In this document: positions 36,903 through 64,000 of the stretch, piece by piece | Layout of the letters: each line of letters opens with the position of its first letter | Position numbering within the stretch: position 1 is the first letter of the stretch | Assembly: GCA_028534125.1 (NCBI GenBank) | Contig: CM052832.1 | Span: 15,688,001 to 15,752,000 of the forward strand | From: Lama glama | Lineage: Eukaryota | Reading direction: 5' to 3' | DNA length: 64,000 bases | The notes under the pieces: generated by a model | The model's database searches: none | What the model was told of the DNA's origin: nothing | The model's input: only the letters and a program-made list of their open reading frames with translations | Made by a program: the position numbers and the translations under genes

Positions 36903-36908
36903 TTTATT
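36903..36908 (-). terminator. SLC39A7 polyadenylation signal
   Basis: TTTATT on plus, about 560 nt past the stop. Confidence 0.75.
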
Positions 36909-37470
36909 TCCGGTCACCACCCCTCCTCCTCGCTCAAAAAGTGATATAAAAGAATAGAAACGAAAAAAAAAAATCAGACCATGAGATTAGCAACTAGTCC
37001 TCCTCCCCCGGAATCACTCCCAAATCAGGATACACGATTGCCGTTTATCCCCGGCTTCTCTTGCTACCCACTCTGCCTAGGGCTCTGGTCTTCCCTGAAG
37101 ACTCCACCAACAGGTGGGAGAGAGGGAGGCAAACCTTGAAGTCTGTGTGTGGCAGCTTGGTCCTCTGTGAACAGGTGGGGTGGGGGACTTGGGGTAGGCT
37201 GCCATCACCCCTCTCTCTTCCAACCTTCTTCATGGTCCCACTTAGCCCCCAAACCCAACACCATGGTCCCTCTAGGCTCTCAGTCTCACCTCTACAGTCC
37301 CTGTAAGACTGTCAAATCTTGATGGCCTTCAAGCCAAAGTCACCACTTCCCTAAGATACAACTCCTACCTTTGGTAGATGTTCTGGGCCAGGGCCCCCAA
37401 CCTCCAGAGCCCCCGATGGGCTTAGAGGCTAGAGGTTTGGGGCTGGGGTGGGGGTGGTTTACCCCACCAC

Positions 37471-40577
<3,107 letters not shown>

Positions 40578-40859
40578 TCAACTCTATATACCTATGCGGG
40601 TTCCACTTTACTCCGCTCGCGCCCTCCATCCACGTCTATGGGCTGCTCCCCCATTCCATTCTGTCCCCACCCACATTGTTCCCAAGACTCGTTTTCTTTA
40701 TCCTCATCCCCTTCTAGCATGTAGGGCCCCCGGGACACTGCTCTAGGCTTTGATCCGCCACTTTATAGACTCTCTAGGCCCTCGTCTCTATGACCCACTA
40801 GGTGAGGAAAAAGGCCTGGAAAGGACCGTAAGGAAAAAGAGAGAATTCTCACCGGCTCC

Positions 40860-41314
40860 GGGATCCTCTCCTGTCCCGGTTTGCTCGGACGTGGCAGTCC
40901 CACCTCTAGCTCCCGCGAGAATAGGAAGTTCCGTTCTACTTCGGTCCCAGTACCTTTACCAATATGGCGGCACTCGGTTAGCGATGGAGCCGTCCTGCCC
41001 TGGTGCGCATGCGCCGGTGTGGAGGTTATTTGAGGGGATGCTGGGCGAGGCGGGTTAACAGGCGGGAGGAAACTGCCTCCTCCGTTTCCAACTAGACGAG
41101 GGGGCGGGAACTAGTGCGGAGACTTCCCGTCTATACCAAGATGGCTGCCACATTGGCGCTGTCATTTTGGTACAGAGCAGAGCGAAGCGCTTAATTCGAC
41201 CCGGTTCAGGCCAGAGTCTTTTTCTCTGCGGCTTCCTCGTGCTCAGCTAGTCCCCTGACCAATCCCTGGGAATCCCTGGTACCTCTTCGCTATACCTACA
41301 CTCAGCCAGGAATC
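40860..41314. promoter_or_regulatory. Bidirectional SLC39A7/RXRB promoter
   Basis: Head-to-head ATGs are 780 bp apart. NRF1-like TGCGCATGCGC at 41004-41014, YY1-like CAAGATGGCTGC at 41137-41148 and AATATGGCGGC at about 40961, GC box at about 41100. Confidence 0.85.
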
Positions 41315-46690
<5,376 letters not shown>

Positions 46691-47785
46691 GCCCACACCC
46701 AAAGGTGGTGCTCCTCAAGCTTGAGGAGGGCACGTCAGAGAGGGACTCCGAGCCTCGGGCAGGGTTGGGAGGGGCCATGTTCCTAGAATTTTGGAGGGGT
46801 GAGGAGTTCAGGGCAGAACTGAGACCTCCAAGGAGGGGGGGGTCCCTAAACCCTCCGAGGGTTTGCCTGATATCCCGTCAGAGGGGACCCCAGATCACTG
46901 CAAGGGCTGGACCTCTCCCTTCAGTAGCCTTGAGTCTCTGAACTTGTGTGGGTCTGCCATGGTTTGGGGTGCTTTCTCACCCCCTGGCTGGAGGGACCTC
47001 TCCTTCCCCCAGCACAAAGCACTGGCCTTGCTCCCAGGACCTTGCTTCCTTCTCATCTTGTCTCACTTAGTCCCCCATCTGAAGAGTGGAAATGGGAACT
47101 TCTCCAGAGATGGATATTAGGGGGCAGGCCCCCCAAACTGATGGACATGGGAGTTAGGCTCTGACAGGCCTTCCTCTAACCAAGCCTGGCAGATGGAGCT
47201 ACTCTGAGAGAAGGAGGGGGCCCTGTCGCTGTCTCCTGTCGAGTGCCCTCTCCCACTTCACCTCCTGCAGTCAGACTGAAAAATAAGAAGGTGGTGGTGG
47301 TTAAGGGCTGGGTGGAGTTGTAGGAATCCATCTGCTATTTTTAATTTTCTTTAAGGATAGAGACTTGCAGTTAGACTCAAAGAAGTACTGTACTTTCCTA
47401 GGTTGACTAAGAAATGCCAGTGGTGGAGGTGGTGTTTGGGAAAGGCAGGGCTCTGAGATGGTCTGTCTTGGGCTCCTCAGGCACTGGCCTTCCCAACGCC
47501 CTCCCCCCAACTCTTCCTGTCAAACTTGGGGACGGGGTCTGGGCTGTGATGACAGGGCAGGGGGTGGTTTGGTGAGTAGTCCTCGGGCTCTTCCCTTCAC
47601 AGCTCTCCCCCTAGCCCTGGACACACACACAGTAGGTTGGGGACACAGGATCCTGGCCTGAGAATTGAGGGGAGATGGCCTGTCTGCAGAGATGGGGTGC
47701 TGGGGCTGCATGATTTTTGCCCTGCAGCTCTTCTCTCTGGGGTTCCTTTTCCCTCTCGTACACTCACACATAAAATCGCTTTCGA

Positions 47786-47791
47786 ATTAAA
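47786..47791 (+). terminator. RXRB polyadenylation signal (variant ATTAAA; CATAAA just upstream)
   Basis: I saw no AATAAA in the 3' UTR; ATTAAA is followed by T/GT-rich sequence. Confidence 0.6.
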
Positions 47792-47955
47792 ATTGCTGTT
47801 TTCTGGACTGAGATGACTGTATTGGGGTTGCGGGGGCAGCGCTGCATCGGGCTGGCTGGGTGTTGGGAGGTGGTATCCGGTCGGGAGCTCCGGATGGGCT
47901 CCCTTGACGCCGCCGAGGTTCCCTGGGGCCTGAGAGGCGGGCACAGCGTAGGGGA

Positions 47956-48064
47956 CACAAGGCGCGCTTTGTCGCGGAGGGGGGGAGAGGGTGTGCCAGG
48001 CTGGGGGCGGGGCCGGCCGGAGGAGGAAGGGGGGGCGGCCCGCTCTTTCAAAGGCGCCTTGTTC
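47956..48064. promoter_or_regulatory. COL11A2 upstream chondrocyte enhancer: two paired inverted SOX9-type sites (B/C- and D/E-like)
   Basis: CACAAGG-cgcg-CTTTGTC (47956-47973) and TTCAAAG-gcgc-CTTGTTC (48047-48064), both with 4-bp spacers. Confidence 0.8.
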
Positions 48065-49198
48065 GCCTGCGCCCTCCTAAGCGCCAGCGGGCGGCGGCGC
48101 CTCGGCTCGCTCTGGTCTTCCCTCCGGCCGCGCCGCGGGCTCCGGGCAGACCCGGCGCCGTGCCCGTTCGTGGGGGCGCACTGGGCGCTGAACGCCACGG
48201 CCTGCTCAGGCGTTGCCCGCCTGTAGGCGGCCTCTCGTCCCCGAGTGACCCCGTTTCCCGGGGCTCTGCCAACTAGCGTCGACGGCCCCCTTCACCTCTC
48301 CACTGGGTGCCTTTTCACCTGGGCTCCCGGTCCCCTTTACATCGTCCCTCATTTTCATCTTGGACTGGATTAGCCTGTTTGTGGGTCTGTCCAGTCTGTG
48401 GCCTCTCCTCTAACCACCCTCCCTCCTCGCCACCCCCTTCGCTCCCCGTGGCCGTCGAGTTGCAGGTCTCTAGTCACTATCTATAGCCTTGTCTATAAAT
48501 ACCCCTGCCCCAGGCCAGGCTCTGTAATTACACCGGGCGGGGCGAGGGGAAATAATTATGGAGACCCGATGGGGTGGGGGCGAGGTAGGGACCCCCAGAC
48601 CCGCCTCTCCCCTCCCACTGTGCCCTAAACCCCGCCCAGGACTCTGCTGAACGGGGGTTCTGGGCCCCCAAGGAGGAGGAACGGGGGAGGGGTGTTGTGA
48701 CTGGACATTTGGGTTCCCCCAAAAGAAAAAGACTGGGAAAGAGATATTGGGGTTCCCGAAAAGAGAATCCTAGGGTACAGATCATTGAGATCCCTTCAAG
48801 AAGCAGAAGCGAGTATTCCGAGGGCCAGTGAGGGAGAGTTCCCATTCACGCCCCCCCCAACCAGGTGGAGATCAAGGGTGGGGTTTCCCCTCGGTGGCTG
48901 TGGGCGGGCGCCTGGAGGCGGGGGCTGGGCCGGGGGCGGGAGCGAGGTGGGGGCTCTGGCCGCTGGGGTGGCCGGGGACACACAGGAGCGGCGGCCACCG
49001 AGGAGGGAGCAGCGCCGGGCCCCCGACGGCGTCTGACTGCATGGAGCTGGGCCACTGAGAGCTGTCGCCAACCGACAGCCTCTGACTTCCCCGGGTCCCC
49101 GGCGTCGGAGCCTGATCCTTCTCTCCTGACAGCTTCGGGGCATCCAGCGCCTCCAGCTGCCCCTGGGTCCCTGGGACCTGGCGTTCGGGGCGCCAGCT

Positions 49199-63769
<14,571 letters not shown>

Positions 63770-64000
63770 GTGAGATCTTCCATGCCTCCTTTCACCCTCA
63801 AAGGGTTCCCACGCAGACCTGAGCCTCAGAGTCCCTGGGACTTCCTTGTCTCGTCACGTGGCTCTGACAGTCCCTTGGTCCCACGCCCTGTAACCCTGTC
63901 CAGACTCGTGTTGTTGTTTCCCTTTCTCCCTCCCACCCCCTGGGACTCCTACAGTGATACCCTGAGACCCCTTTATAGATGCCTCTCTTTCTTCTTCCAG

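Overview
Mammalian genomic DNA from the extended MHC class II region. The SINE family present points to a camelid, which is an inference. Gene order: 3' part of VPS52 (+, 15 exons, one U12-type AT-AC intron); a 17-kb repeat-rich interval; RING1 (-); MIR219-1 (-); HSD17B8 (-); SLC39A7 (-); a shared promoter; RXRB (+); COL11A2 exons 1-26 (+, truncated by the window). The interval holds an orphan CCAAT/GC promoter, an HTATSF1 processed pseudogene, a decayed C2H2 zinc-finger gene and a CpG-island promoter. I assembled all exon chains by hand from splice sites, and the four complete CDSs close in frame (RING1 406 aa, HSD17B8 259 aa, SLC39A7 473 aa, RXRB 537 aa). The strongest unexplained signal is a 252-bp, phase 0/0, stop-free, Arg/Pro-rich candidate exon between COL11A2 exons 6 and 7, which resembles the basic exon 6B of COL11A1. 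Nearby are an intronic poly(A) site that would give a stop-less short isoform and a one-strand CCACTTCCTG motif cluster. No database search was possible, so novelty is unverified and human or mouse comparisons are from memory.
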